64,000 bases of DNA, taken from the IMG/VR virus record IMGVR_UViG_3300025085_003231. The stretch is one strand, 5' to 3'. The notes below the pieces were generated by a model that worked only from the letters and a program-made list of their open reading frames with translations, searched no databases and was not told the origin of the DNA. Positions 37,314-47,271 of this stretch are shown in pieces. The DNA is from an uncultured virus (IMG/VR IMGVR_UViG_3300025085_003231) (lineage: Duplodnaviria; Heunggongvirae; Uroviricota; Caudoviricetes). A program made the translations under genes and the position numbers. Within the stretch, counting starts at the first letter, position 1. The number at the start of each line of letters is the position of its first letter.

Positions 37314-39218
37314 TCACTCTTCAGGTTCTTCAGGTTCTTCAGGTTCGTCAGAACCTTGGACCTTTCGTGAAAGTGTGTAGGCGGTCAATGCTCCGAGAAC
37401 TGCGGCTCCGATAGCCATAGCCATTTTTGTTTCTGATTTCTGAACCTTAACTACTGGTTCGGCATCCATGGTCATAACATCGTCATACTTACGACCCATC
37501 GTTGAATGTCCTTTGTCCATAGCAGAGGCTTCATCACGACGGTCTTTCATAGATTGTGAATGAGAACCACGATGACGCATTCCAAGGGATTCGTCCATCT
37601 TGTCATTATAGCCTTGTTCCGCATTTTTCTGTGTCTGGCTTGGCAAATAGAAACTCATTAAAGTCTCACTCATATCCAAGTATTCTGGGCTTTGTCGGCC
37701 TCGGTATCCCAGAGCAGTAGCAATTTGAGCCATATTCTCAAGGTGACTTAACGCCTCTTCATTGATTTCTTCATCCCCAGGAACAATTTGGTGGAAAGAT
37801 GTGAAACCATTATTCATAAGCCATTGTTGATGAGTTCGGAATTGAGATACCAATTCATCATCTGTCATATTCGTAAGTGCTGTTGTAGATTCCGCACTTC
37901 CATACCATTGTGGAACGCCTTGTCCAAAGGTAGAAGAATCTTCTCCATAGGAATTAGGATAGAAACCATCGTCTACTGCGGGCATACCGACTCCAACACC
38001 CAGTTCTTCTGCACTTCCATACCATTGTGGAACGCCTTGTCCTGAAATTGAAGCGGAATTTTCTCCCATACCATTGTAGGCTTCTTCAGCAGAGCCATAC
38101 CAAACAGGAACGCCATAGTCAGAAACTGAGGCAGAGTTTTCTCCGAATCCATTAGTGAGAGGTCCTGTGTAATCTCCCAGCCCTTCAGCACTCATTTTCT
38201 TAGCGGCACGACGAGCATAATCTTCAGCATCATCGTAGTCTTCGCCCATATCCATGTATTCATCAGCGATAGCATCTCTGGCTGAACCATCACGAACTGA
38301 AACAAATTCATCTTGTTCCCACATAACTTCTGGACCCTCATCTCCTTCGGCTTGATAACCGAATGGTGTAGAATCCCAGTTTCCAATGGCTTGTCCAACG
38401 ACTGAGCCATCAGTTCCATACATAACTTCTGCTTCAAAGGCCATTGGGCTCATAGAATTAGTTCCGTAATATTCTGGGACACCATATCCACTACCAGCCG
38501 CTGAGTCTTGAGCAAAATCTCCGACGGTGTGATTAAAATTATATCCTTCTGAAGCAAAGTAATCTTCTACGGCAGCCGAATTATCGTCTACATCATATCC
38601 AACAGGGGTTGCTTCGGGGCGAGCCACATATGCTTCAGGTTCTGCACCATCATATTCAAAAGGTGTGGCTTCTTCGGCACTAAAATTCTCTGCTGCGGAA
38701 TCGTCTGTCTCAATACCTGCAACTGTGTTGATGGTATCAACAACTGCTTCTTGATTGTAAATCAATCCTGAAATATCAAATCCGCCCACAGGAAGGCTTC
38801 CTGCTTCAGCAGCACTTTCAATGGCTTCGTAAGAATCTCCTTCACCCTTTAGCATTGACATACTGGCATATCCTGGGATAGCATAACCTTGTTCAGTTCC
38901 CAAACGATAGGTGCGAACTTCTTGGTCACCTTGACGGTTAATTCCCATCACACGACCCATAGAAACTGTGTCATCATCTTCCACACGACATCCGATACGA
39001 CGAGGTTGGAATCCATGGTTATCAGTCTCTCCTGCATAATAGAATAGAGCGCAAGGGAAAAATCGTCCCTTATCGGAATCATCCATACTTGCATACTGGG
39101 ATTGAGTGATAATAAAGGTATATGGGTAAAAATTAACGGCTGGGTCAAAATCTCCAGCGTGTCCCCAATAATCGTCAGAGGTGATTAGCAGCATTTCGGT
39201 TTCTACATTTTGTGGCAT
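37314..39218 (-). CDS. Large acidic AE-motif polyprotein with GVPxWYGSAE repeats and C-terminal TM
   Basis: More than 10 xAE sites; AMAIGAAVLGALTAYTLSRK; EPE tail. Confidence 0.75.
   Translation of the reverse strand: MPQNVETEMLLITSDDYWGHAGDFDPAVNFYPYTFIITQSQYASMDDSDKGRFFPCALFYYAGETDNHGFQPRRIGCRVEDDDTVSMGRVMGINRQGDQEVRTYRLGTEQGYAIPGYASMSMLKGEGDSYEAIESAAEAGSLPVGGFDISGLIYNQEAVVDTINTVAGIETDDSAAENFSAEEATPFEYDGAEPEAYVARPEATPVGYDVDDNSAAVEDYFASEGYNFNHTVGDFAQDSAAGSGYGVPEYYGTNSMSPMAFEAEVMYGTDGSVVGQAIGNWDSTPFGYQAEGDEGPEVMWEQDEFVSVRDGSARDAIADEYMDMGEDYDDAEDYARRAAKKMSAEGLGDYTGPLTNGFGENSASVSDYGVPVWYGSAEEAYNGMGENSASISGQGVPQWYGSAEELGVGVGMPAVDDGFYPNSYGEDSSTFGQGVPQWYGSAESTTALTNMTDDELVSQFRTHQQWLMNNGFTSFHQIVPGDEEINEEALSHLENMAQIATALGYRGRQSPEYLDMSETLMSFYLPSQTQKNAEQGYNDKMDESLGMRHRGSHSQSMKDRRDEASAMDKGHSTMGRKYDDVMTMDAEPVVKVQKSETKMAMAIGAAVLGALTAYTLSRKVQGSDEPEEPEEPEE
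37894..38042. repeat. 32 nt exact intragenic direct repeat (37894-37925 and 38011-38042)
   Basis: gcacttccataccattgtggaacgccttgtcc, encoding GQGVPQWYGSA; diverged copies near 38090 and 38465. Confidence 0.85.
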
Positions 39219-39220
39219 TT

Positions 39221-40084
39221 TTAGACTCTCCTGAGTGTTGTTTCAAATCCGCCAGACATTGGCACGGCTTTTACTTCAGTATCAGATACTCTGATAATGT
39301 TGTGAGTATTTCTCCAGACACTTAAGTTTTTCGTCATTCCTGTGCTGGTATCTAAATATCCTGAATCAACATCTGGGGTCAAACTCAAACGACCTTCACG
39401 ACCATTGACATTGCTATCTTCAGAATTGCGACTCAAATCACCAAATCGGTTATCACCCAAAAATGGGGTAGACATTTCTTGGAAAGGAACGGCTTCTGGA
39501 GGAATCATAGATACTAAATATGGGTAATTGTTGTTCACTTCTGGAGGAACACGAGGAGGAACATCTCGTCCCGAGTAATCAATTCCTGTGGTTGCCGTAG
39601 TAGCGTTGTCCAAAGAGCGAGGGAAATTGTTCTTGCGCTGCTTGAATGGGTCAGTAGAAACTGCATATTCTAAATATGATTTACCTTGTCCTGGTGCCAG
39701 AGCGTCAAAAACACGAGAGGTTTGTTCGGCTTGGTATTCGGTAACTACTTCATCAGAAAGTGTGAATCCGTTGTCATACGGGTTGATGTAACGAGGTTGA
39801 ACATCAGAAATTCCTGGTCCAAATGGGTCGGTATTAACTACCATGTTAGTAGATTGCAAATCCAAGAATTTGTATCCCATAAAAGATTCTGAGAGTGAAT
39901 CTGGGATAACATCCGCAGTTACTCCTGAGCGTTCAATCTGAATTTGCTCAAAATCGGCGTAAGTGAACTCATCAGCCGCAAAACCGAGTCGTTGTTTTAG
40001 TCCAAAAGGGTTAAGGAAGCCTACTGCCAGAACCGTTAAGCCTCCAATAGCAAACATTCCTAATGGGGAGCGCAGCATACTCAT
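39221..40084 (-). CDS. N-anchored membrane protein (FAAD, YQAE)
   Basis: MFAIGGLTVLAVGFL; promoter at 40107-40113. Confidence 0.7.
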   Translation of the reverse strand: MSMLRSPLGMFAIGGLTVLAVGFLNPFGLKQRLGFAADEFTYADFEQIQIERSGVTADVIPDSLSESFMGYKFLDLQSTNMVVNTDPFGPGISDVQPRYINPYDNGFTLSDEVVTEYQAEQTSRVFDALAPGQGKSYLEYAVSTDPFKQRKNNFPRSLDNATTATTGIDYSGRDVPPRVPPEVNNNYPYLVSMIPPEAVPFQEMSTPFLGDNRFGDLSRNSEDSNVNGREGRLSLTPDVDSGYLDTSTGMTKNLSVWRNTHNIIRVSDTEVKAVPMSGGFETTLRRV

Positions 40085-40119
40085 ACCTATTCATCCTTCG
40101 TTTTGATATTTAAGTTTAA

Positions 40120-41040
40120 TCAATAATCTTCTGGTAAAGTTTGAGAATCTTGAAGTTCTTCGGAGGTTAAATCTGGCAATTTGGGTGCAGTTATGGCTGA
40201 AGCCACCACAGAATTTACATACTTCATAATGGCATCATTTTCACCCCAAACATCTTGCGAACGAGGTAATGGATTAGGACGATAGAAATCAATACCGACA
40301 GGTCTGGCATTAGCAGCCCACTTTGGAGCAGGGCCTGACATCTGGGATTCAATGCTTAATTCATCTTCTATTGAATTAGTGGAATAGGGATTGACTAATG
40401 GGTGATAGTATGATTCCGCAGAAAATTCTTTTTCACGAGTCCAAGCAGCATCATGGGAAACAAAAATCAAAGAAGTTTTCTTCTCTTCAGTAGTCCATGG
40501 CTGTGGGTGAAGTGCGTCAGCGGGCCACTCTATCATAGCAGAAGTGGGGTAAATGCGAACCACATGGCCCAATGTCAAACCTCCGCCATCTTGAGAAGGA
40601 CGGCTAACATTGACTACATCTCCTGGTCGCCACGAATCTCCGTCGGGAGATAATGGATTTTCCATTACACGAGTTCCTGTATCTCGGAAAGAAGAGGTTG
40701 GATAAACCAGACTGTTAATTTCGGAAACAACTTGCTTCCACAATTGTTGCTGAGTTAAAAAATCTGTGTTTTCCAAAACTTGTTCAGAATATATTCCTTC
40801 GGGCTGGTCAGAAAAAATCTGGATAACAATCCCTAATCTGTTGGCGGTATCTGATGAAACTTGCTGCGTTCCAACTCCCGTAGAATATCCTGACCAAACT
40901 GCGGTAGGAATCAATTGAACCACGGTGAATGGCCCAATTTTTTCCCGACGGAATTCAGACCAATCTGAAGAAGTCCACTGACGGGGCTCCAGATTTACTC
41001 CTAATGGTCTTAACGAACGAACCACTTCTATCAAATTCAT
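40120..41040 (-). CDS. Protein with an SH3/KOW-like beta-barrel module and an FSAE motif
   Basis: WRPGDVV..GHVVRI..MIEW. Confidence 0.6.
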   Translation of the reverse strand: MNLIEVVRSLRPLGVNLEPRQWTSSDWSEFRREKIGPFTVVQLIPTAVWSGYSTGVGTQQVSSDTANRLGIVIQIFSDQPEGIYSEQVLENTDFLTQQQLWKQVVSEINSLVYPTSSFRDTGTRVMENPLSPDGDSWRPGDVVNVSRPSQDGGGLTLGHVVRIYPTSAMIEWPADALHPQPWTTEEKKTSLIFVSHDAAWTREKEFSAESYYHPLVNPYSTNSIEDELSIESQMSGPAPKWAANARPVGIDFYRPNPLPRSQDVWGENDAIMKYVNSVVASAITAPKLPDLTSEELQDSQTLPEDY

Positions 41041-41438
41041 ATCAATCCTCTCCTGGCAATAAATTGTTCACGAGATAGACGACGAGCATCTTCAATTTTA
41101 GAAGCATTAGAAATTGGTAAATCTACTTGTAAATCAATAATTGCTAAAGGTAACTCCCGATGTCCCAAAATTTTAGAACTGGGTTGGTTTTCAAAACGAA
41201 TTTCTATGGGACGGATTACAGAGGCTTCAAAAACCTTATTTCCAATCCAGGAGTTGGCTTGATTTTTCCAATTGGCTTCTGTGCCATTGTAAATCAAATC
41301 TTGGTATCTTTCGGTGCTACGGCGACCATCGCTCCAAATAACACCTGCTCCATCCCAATGAGTGTCATAAATAACTCCTTGGTCTTGCCCCATAACGGCA
41401 ATACTGGTAACCAAGTCTCCAGGACGGAAGGCTCTCAT
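41037..41438 (-). CDS. SH3/KOW-like beta-barrel protein
   Basis: FRPGDLV..GVIY..GVIW; start at 41438 by promoter 41461-41467. Confidence 0.6.
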   Translation of the reverse strand: MRAFRPGDLVTSIAVMGQDQGVIYDTHWDGAGVIWSDGRRSTERYQDLIYNGTEANWKNQANSWIGNKVFEASVIRPIEIRFENQPSSKILGHRELPLAIIDLQVDLPISNASKIEDARRLSREQFIARRGLI

Positions 41439-41470
41439 GATAAATAATTGGTTGGCTTGATATTTAAGTT

Positions 41471-41863
41471 TCACTTACTGCTACGAACGCCAGCCCAGTA
41501 AATTCCACCCACAACGGCCACACCGATTAAGGTGTATCCCAGATTTTGAGTAATCCAATCGTTGAAACTTTTAACAACTTCTCCCAATCGCGGGGTAGTT
41601 GGCTCCACTTTAAGTCCAGGAATTGGTTCTTCAACAGTGGAGTTTTCTTCTTCAGCCGCAAATGTTTCGGGTTCAGGAGTGGGAAGTCCCAATTCTGATT
41701 CAGTGTAGTTAGTCATAGGGACACTATCTCCAAAAGCACCAGCATGAATGGTAAATCCATCTTCCATAGCCATAACGGTATCTCGTGGATTAGGAGGGTT
41801 CAAATTAGCATCCCATCGGTTTTGGGTGTCACGGGTAATAAAGTTGTTTTGCATTGTAGTCAT
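41471..41863 (-). CDS. AE-motif protein with a C-terminal TM
   Basis: ETFAAE; TLIGVAVVGGIYWAGVRSSK. Confidence 0.7.
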   Translation of the reverse strand: MTTMQNNFITRDTQNRWDANLNPPNPRDTVMAMEDGFTIHAGAFGDSVPMTNYTESELGLPTPEPETFAAEEENSTVEEPIPGLKVEPTTPRLGEVVKSFNDWITQNLGYTLIGVAVVGGIYWAGVRSSK

Positions 41864-41872
41864 AATTATCCC

Positions 41873-42436
41873 TCAAGCAGTGTTATAAAGTTGGTCATCA
41901 GCAGGTCGCCACGAATCCAAAGGATTGTAAGCAACGGAAGTAAAATCTGGGAATTGATACTGCGGACGAGAATCGTTTGCCACATCATACATATTTATTC
42001 CATGGGGTTGGTGAGCAGAAGCATAACTTCCATCATAATACCGAGGATTAGTAGGCATAGATTCCATAGCATTTGGTAGTTCAAAAGGAGAATAGTAAGG
42101 TCCAGATTTTTGTGGAGTCAAGTCATTCCAAGGTTGCATAAAAACATAGTTGTTATTAGCAGAAACTCCTTCGGCTCCCATAATATCTTCAGCACCTTCT
42201 ACCACAGTTGGGTTGAGACGGTTAAGTTCTCCTTGAGGTGCAGCCATACTTTCTGTCATTTCGCTGCGAAAGGACTCGGCTTCATTTTTATCATCGGAAG
42301 TAACTTTTTTAGTAGTGGTCAAGCGGGCTTGAACGGTTGGGAAAATCATTACTGCGCTGAGACCCATAACAAATAGAGCCACATATTTCGGAAGAGGTCC
42401 CAGAATTTGTGATTTAGTCTGTGAAAGGTATGACAT
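41873..42436 (-). CDS. N-anchored AE-motif protein
   Basis: TM, then EAESFRSE, EGAE, MGAE. Confidence 0.7.
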   Translation of the reverse strand: MSYLSQTKSQILGPLPKYVALFVMGLSAVMIFPTVQARLTTTKKVTSDDKNEAESFRSEMTESMAAPQGELNRLNPTVVEGAEDIMGAEGVSANNNYVFMQPWNDLTPQKSGPYYSPFELPNAMESMPTNPRYYDGSYASAHQPHGINMYDVANDSRPQYQFPDFTSVAYNPLDSWRPADDQLYNTA

Positions 42437-42807
42437 CAGAGAATCCCTCCTGTTATCAAACTACTCATATCCGAAACGGTAACTGGAGGGACACCTCCGA
42501 ACAATTCTAACATTTGAAGATTACTGCGCTCACGAACAGTCATGTTACGAGCCACCATCTTAGCATGAGGAATCCTCATTTCGTCCCATGGTAGAGTGTC
42601 GGGTTGGCGGTAATCAGATTCGGCACAGTTGCAATCCATGTTGGAACAACCGCATCCCAATCCTTCAGCGTTTTTAGCCACTGAGTCAGATTTTTCGGTA
42701 ATTTCAGACATATCTTTAGGAGTCATCATTTTAGTAACTCCGATGATTCCTGCATAGGTCAATGCGACAATTGCGGCAGTTTGTAAAGATTCTTTTAAAG
42801 TTATCAT
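42436..42807 (-). CDS. N-anchored AE-motif protein with a Cys mini-module
   Basis: TM; KNAE-GLGCGCSNMDCNC-AE; start at ATG 42807. Confidence 0.65.
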   Translation of the reverse strand: MITLKESLQTAAIVALTYAGIIGVTKMMTPKDMSEITEKSDSVAKNAEGLGCGCSNMDCNCAESDYRQPDTLPWDEMRIPHAKMVARNMTVRERSNLQMLELFGGVPPVTVSDMSSLITGGIL

Positions 42808-42811
42808 AGTA

Positions 42812-44236
42812 TCACTTCTTAGATTTGCGCTCTCGTTGTTGTGCTGGGACGAATGGGTATCCGACGATGCCGTGAGGATTAACGAAACTTCCACGGAGTT
42901 TTTCACCCATGGATTTTCCTGCGAGGTCAGTATCTGGAATTGGTCCTGCAACTGGAGTTCCTAATCCACGCTCTTGATACCAAGCCTTTCCAGAGTTGGC
43001 GAAACGAGTGGTGTGTCCTCCTGATGGTGTCCAAGAACCTGTGCGGTCACCCTTTTGATAAACTTGGGAACGACCTGCTCCTCCGACACGACCTTCAGAG
43101 TATCGGCGTGGGCCTGACTTGGTTCCACGAACCTTACCACGAACCTTTGGAGATGCTCGCTTTTGCTTAATACCGAAATGCTTGTAGATTTTAACACCTT
43201 TGTCAATACCATACTTAGCCACTAATCTTTGAACAATAGTCAAATGTTTGCCATTTCTTCCTGTTTTTCGGGCTCCAGATAGGGCTGAACTAAGGGTTGA
43301 TGGGCCAGAATATTCAGCAGAAAATGATTCTGCACCGTAGTAATCAGGAACACAGCAAAGGCCACGGTTCGTTCCATCGCCTATAATATCATCTTCTGCA
43401 ATTACTTCGCTACAAGATGCACAAGTAGTTTCTGCATTCATTTTCTTATGGTGCATCTCTTCTACGGCAGCCATTATCGCTGCGGTTCCATATTTATCAT
43501 AAACTGCTTTCATGTGTTTATTGCTGACTTCACCACGAGCATAAACATAACGGTTTGTAGAGGCATTACTATTCAGAGTGTCTTCCATATCTTTGCGTTG
43601 TGCTTGCTGATATTCATCTGCAATTTGTTGAGCAGAGACTTTGTTAGGTTCTTCTGCATTCATTCGGTTTCTGTCTCCAGCGATTTCAAGAACTGCTTGT
43701 GCCATATCAAAATCGTCATCACCGTATCCATTCATGCTTATTAGACGGTCATATTCTTGTTGAGTAAATTGGTCAGGGCTGTCATCATTAAGATATTTAT
43801 TCAAAATATCACCTGTTTCGGCTCGCTTTCGCTTTAGACCTTCGCTTCCATCAAGAGGTGTCCAATTTGCCATCTCTCCAAATTCCATAGGGTCTTGAAC
43901 AGGGGCTGAACCTTCTTCACTCATAAATGTATTGATACTTCCCTGACTGTCTTGACTGAGGTATCCTGAAACATCAGGACTATCAGAAGGTCCCGTAGGG
44001 GTATAGTAGTCATGGGGGGTATGGTTATGAGTTTCAGCATCAAAATCTTCAATATCCCCTCGGACTTCATCATCTTCAAGTAGAATCATGTTGCCTTCTT
44101 CATCTTCAGTCCATGTTCCTATTCTGCCGAGGGACTCTGCAATAGCGTCAAGAGCATTTTCATATAAACGAACACTACTATTTCGCAACGCATCAACGAG
44201 TTCTCGGGCATTGAATGTAATATCGCCATCAGTCAT
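42812..44236 (-). CDS. AE-motif polyprotein: acidic modules followed by a very basic C-terminal module
   Basis: FDAE, KRAE, MNAE twice, YGAESFSAE, then a K/R/G-rich domain; promoter at 44259-44265. Confidence 0.75.
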   Translation of the reverse strand: MTDGDITFNARELVDALRNSSVRLYENALDAIAESLGRIGTWTEDEEGNMILLEDDEVRGDIEDFDAETHNHTPHDYYTPTGPSDSPDVSGYLSQDSQGSINTFMSEEGSAPVQDPMEFGEMANWTPLDGSEGLKRKRAETGDILNKYLNDDSPDQFTQQEYDRLISMNGYGDDDFDMAQAVLEIAGDRNRMNAEEPNKVSAQQIADEYQQAQRKDMEDTLNSNASTNRYVYARGEVSNKHMKAVYDKYGTAAIMAAVEEMHHKKMNAETTCASCSEVIAEDDIIGDGTNRGLCCVPDYYGAESFSAEYSGPSTLSSALSGARKTGRNGKHLTIVQRLVAKYGIDKGVKIYKHFGIKQKRASPKVRGKVRGTKSGPRRYSEGRVGGAGRSQVYQKGDRTGSWTPSGGHTTRFANSGKAWYQERGLGTPVAGPIPDTDLAGKSMGEKLRGSFVNPHGIVGYPFVPAQQRERKSKK

Positions 44237-44277
44237 AACTATTATTTGATGGTTTTGCTATTTAAGTTTAAGGTTAA

Positions 44278-44640
44278 TCACTCAGCATCTTCACTATCGC
44301 CATCTGATTCATCTTCAGCCTCTTCTTCTTGTTCTGCCTCTAAAGCATCGCAAACTACATCATAATCTGCGGTGTGCAAGGCATCATCCATGTCAGAGGT
44401 GACTAAACCATATCCAGTTCCTGTAATACTCCCAATAAATAGAGGTAGAAGGCGGTAAAAATGTGAAATCTTCTCACCTGTGTAGTGAGAGTAGCCAAAA
44501 AATACCAGTGAAACAAGAGTTCCTGTTCCTAATCCTGCAATAACACCTTTGCTAACACGGGATTGATGTTTATCACGAAGATAACTCGCTAATCCTGCAT
44601 CACACATGGTTTGCGCTTCGGCTTTGTAGCGGGATTTCAT
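44278..44640 (-). CDS. Membrane protein with an acidic tail
   Basis: 2 TM; LEAE..EDAE. Confidence 0.7.
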   Translation of the reverse strand: MKSRYKAEAQTMCDAGLASYLRDKHQSRVSKGVIAGLGTGTLVSLVFFGYSHYTGEKISHFYRLLPLFIGSITGTGYGLVTSDMDDALHTADYDVVCDALEAEQEEEAEDESDGDSEDAE

Positions 44641-44654
44641 GGAAAAGCCTCCGA

Positions 44655-44873
44655 TTAAACTACGGAAGCACCAGAAACATCTTTCTTGAGTCCGAGAGGG
44701 TCAAAGCCAACCAGGACTGCAACACCCAAAAGTGTCACCAAAGCACCACCGACTTGAAGCAACGAAATGTTAGCAACAAGAGGTGTTGTAAAGAGAGAAG
44801 CCGTGCCGCCAACAGCAGCGAGTAGACCAACAAGAACAAGGGAGCCGCCAACAATCATCTTCATCATGTTCAC
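44655..44873 (-). CDS. Small membrane protein (2 TM)
   Basis: Highly hydrophobic 72 aa. Confidence 0.7.
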   Translation of the reverse strand: MNMMKMIVGGSLVLVGLLAAVGGTASLFTTPLVANISLLQVGGALVTLLGVAVLVGFDPLGLKKDVSGASVV

Positions 44874-45124
44874 TCACCACCCATCATTCCAGAGCCGCCC
44901 ATAGGAAGGCAGCAAGCACCAAGAAGGCAAAGGCCGCCAGCAGTAGCGACAACACCAAGAGCCTTTAGAGGAGTAACTCCCATAAAGAGATTCATGCTGC
45001 CAAATTCATCACGGCTAAAGAAGGGCAACAGATTAAACTGATGCACACCAATCAATACCATAGTCGTTCCCAGAACGATTTGTCCTGTTTTTCCAGTTGT
45101 CCAATTACAGAGTTTGTTAATCAT
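44870..45124 (-). CDS. Small membrane protein (2 TM)
   Basis: GGTGA RBS; hydrophobic segments. Confidence 0.7.
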   Translation of the reverse strand: MINKLCNWTTGKTGQIVLGTTMVLIGVHQFNLLPFFSRDEFGSMNLFMGVTPLKALGVVATAGGLCLLGACCLPMGGSGMMGGE

Positions 45125-45135
45125 ATTTTTTCACC

Positions 45136-45981
45136 TTACTTTGTCATACCAACCGTGCGTCCATTAAAGTTTGCAACACCGCCGACTTTACTGGTGCTGT
45201 TTAGGCTACCACCAAGGTCTGCGCCACGGATTGGAGGGGCTACATACTGCATTTCCATCTTGATAGGCTTTACTGGGCCGACAAGTTTGCCAATATTTGG
45301 AATATTTGGCGTAGTTGGAGCGGGCATAACAGGCAAATCACGAACTGGAATTTGCTGTCGGGTCTGAGGAACAACAACTTCAGGACCTGCCTTGAAGAAT
45401 TGTCGTGGGTTAGTTGGACGGATGGTAGCCATTTCTGCTTCAAATACTGGGTCGCCACCTGTGTTAGCCTGTGGTTGATGAGCGTTAATCTTGCCCATCA
45501 ATTCTTCTGGCTTTATTCGGTTAAGACCTGAAACATCTGGGCCTGAATCAAAGTTGTATAGTTCCAACGGAGAAGTGGGTCGCAAGTATTGACCTTCGGG
45601 AGATAGTCCGTCCCAAGTCAAATCATAATCTTTAAGGTTATAATCTTGCGATAGGTAACTTTGGTCCAGCGAAATTGCTGGAGCGGTAACTGTTGATGGA
45701 GCAGGACGAGGACCGTTTGGAACAATACCTTGTCCAAATCCGCCACCCATAATTTGCTGATACTCGCTCATAGCAGATGATTGAGGAACATTTATCTGAG
45801 GCATATTGATAATAGGTGCCGCAGGTCGTGGTCCTGTTTGAGTCAAACCTTGTGAAATCATTTCACGAGCATTGTGGGCAGGGAGTGTGTCCCTAACCAA
45901 AGATACCTCATCAAAGGTGGGCATTTTGGGTGAGTGTGGTAGGTCTGGTAAGACTGTTCCTTTTCCGAGCATTCGTGCCAT
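45136..45981 (-). CDS. Pro-rich protein (FEAE motif)
   Basis: Start at 45981 by promoter 46004-46010. Confidence 0.7.
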   Translation of the reverse strand: MARMLGKGTVLPDLPHSPKMPTFDEVSLVRDTLPAHNAREMISQGLTQTGPRPAAPIINMPQINVPQSSAMSEYQQIMGGGFGQGIVPNGPRPAPSTVTAPAISLDQSYLSQDYNLKDYDLTWDGLSPEGQYLRPTSPLELYNFDSGPDVSGLNRIKPEELMGKINAHQPQANTGGDPVFEAEMATIRPTNPRQFFKAGPEVVVPQTRQQIPVRDLPVMPAPTTPNIPNIGKLVGPVKPIKMEMQYVAPPIRGADLGGSLNSTSKVGGVANFNGRTVGMTK

Positions 45982-46012
45982 GATAATCATTCCGTGTTTT
46001 TGCTATTTAAGT

Positions 46013-46426
46013 TTATTGTGATGCAAGGAAGCCAAACATACCTGCGACGATGGCTGTAACTCCGACTGCAACCGCTATGCCACGAGCATAATTTGGCTTA
46101 TCCTTAACTTCTTCGTCCTCGCCTTCTGCTCGCTTGGTGTGACTTCCGACTGAAGCCGTGGCTTCTTTTTCTTCATCAGTCATACGAGAGCGTTGTTCAG
46201 TGTTATCATCTTTGTCTACTTTTGCTTCCACAGACATTTCTGAACGAGCGTCCATAGCAGGAGCCATCATTTGAGTAAATGGATTGCTGGATGCAACTGA
46301 AGCGGAATTAAGATGGTAAGAGCGTGTAGCACCAAATGTAGAATCTTCCCAAGGGAATAATCCAACGGTGGTGTTCGGGTCAAAGGTCACAGGTTGGTTC
46401 ATTGAACTATCTTCTGCCAGAGTCAT
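46013..46426 (-). CDS. AE-motif protein with a C-terminal TM
   Basis: KRAE; GIAVAVGVTAIVAGMFGFL; promoter at 46449-46455. Confidence 0.7.
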   Translation of the reverse strand: MTLAEDSSMNQPVTFDPNTTVGLFPWEDSTFGATRSYHLNSASVASSNPFTQMMAPAMDARSEMSVEAKVDKDDNTEQRSRMTDEEKEATASVGSHTKRAEGEDEEVKDKPNYARGIAVAVGVTAIVAGMFGFLASQ

Positions 46427-47250
46427 ACCACTAATATATTGCTTCCGTTATTTAAGGTTTGTGTTGAGGCAATACTAAATAAGTGTTGAAATCCTGAGAA
46501 ACACCAGTTAATGGAAAACCAAGACTTAGAAGAGGCAGGAGTGTTAAATTGAAACGCCCACTCTATACGATTGATAGGGATATAAAAATAATCGTATCCT
46601 GAATCTGATTGGGTAATATACTCGGAGGCGAGATTATTTTTCCAACCTTTATAGTATCGGACAGTGTTTTCAGGAACTTTGACTATGTATCCTGCGCCTG
46701 TTTTACTATGGGAGGCACGAGAACGATTGCGATGAATCCAAGGAAGACCTGTGACAAAATCTACTACTTCTATGGCTTCCCATTTTTTACGGGGTGAGAA
46801 ACAAGCCACATTATCACTATCTATATGGTGCAAACCTATCCACCTATTATTGTGTAATAATACTGAGGGTCGGCCTGAATCCAACGGAGGCAGTGGGATA
46901 GAAGTGAGGTTTCCTGATTGATAACAAGATAACGGAGACCACGAGAATTTTGAGTTCTGTTTATGGGGTTCGGCACAACCTGGCAATATTTCTGAAGGTG
47001 TCACAGTTTTTAATTTACCTGTTTGGGAATTGATAATTTTGATACGATTACGAGGTGTGTTTATCACAAACCAAGGAATAAAACGATAAGATTGATTGCT
47101 GGCTTCACCGTTCAGCCATTGATTTTGAGTATAGCCATACTTACTTTGAAATTCTGGTTGATGCAAACGCAAGTCATCCCACTCAATTCCGTTGGTAACT
47201 AAATGCGGTTCTAACTCTGAACGAAGCACTACTGCCGTTCCGATTCGCAT
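46423..47250 (-). CDS. Hypothetical protein
   Basis: 275 aa; promoter at 47273-47279. Confidence 0.7.
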   Translation of the reverse strand: MRIGTAVVLRSELEPHLVTNGIEWDDLRLHQPEFQSKYGYTQNQWLNGEASNQSYRFIPWFVINTPRNRIKIINSQTGKLKTVTPSEILPGCAEPHKQNSKFSWSPLSCYQSGNLTSIPLPPLDSGRPSVLLHNNRWIGLHHIDSDNVACFSPRKKWEAIEVVDFVTGLPWIHRNRSRASHSKTGAGYIVKVPENTVRYYKGWKNNLASEYITQSDSGYDYFYIPINRIEWAFQFNTPASSKSWFSINWCFSGFQHLFSIASTQTLNNGSNILVV

Positions 47251-47271
47251 GATGTAAAATCATGTTGTGTC

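Noticed and set aside
37880..38120. 32 nt repeat as a CRISPR array
   Set aside because: Only two exact copies, in frame within a CDS, 85 nt apart, with no cas genes
14908..45990. Longest-ORF starts in the track (e.g. 16074, 19510, 24359, 26321, 27057, 29284, 30707, 41474, 42951, 45990)
   Set aside because: They run into the promoter or the upstream gene; downstream ATGs fit the 22 nt rule or an RBS
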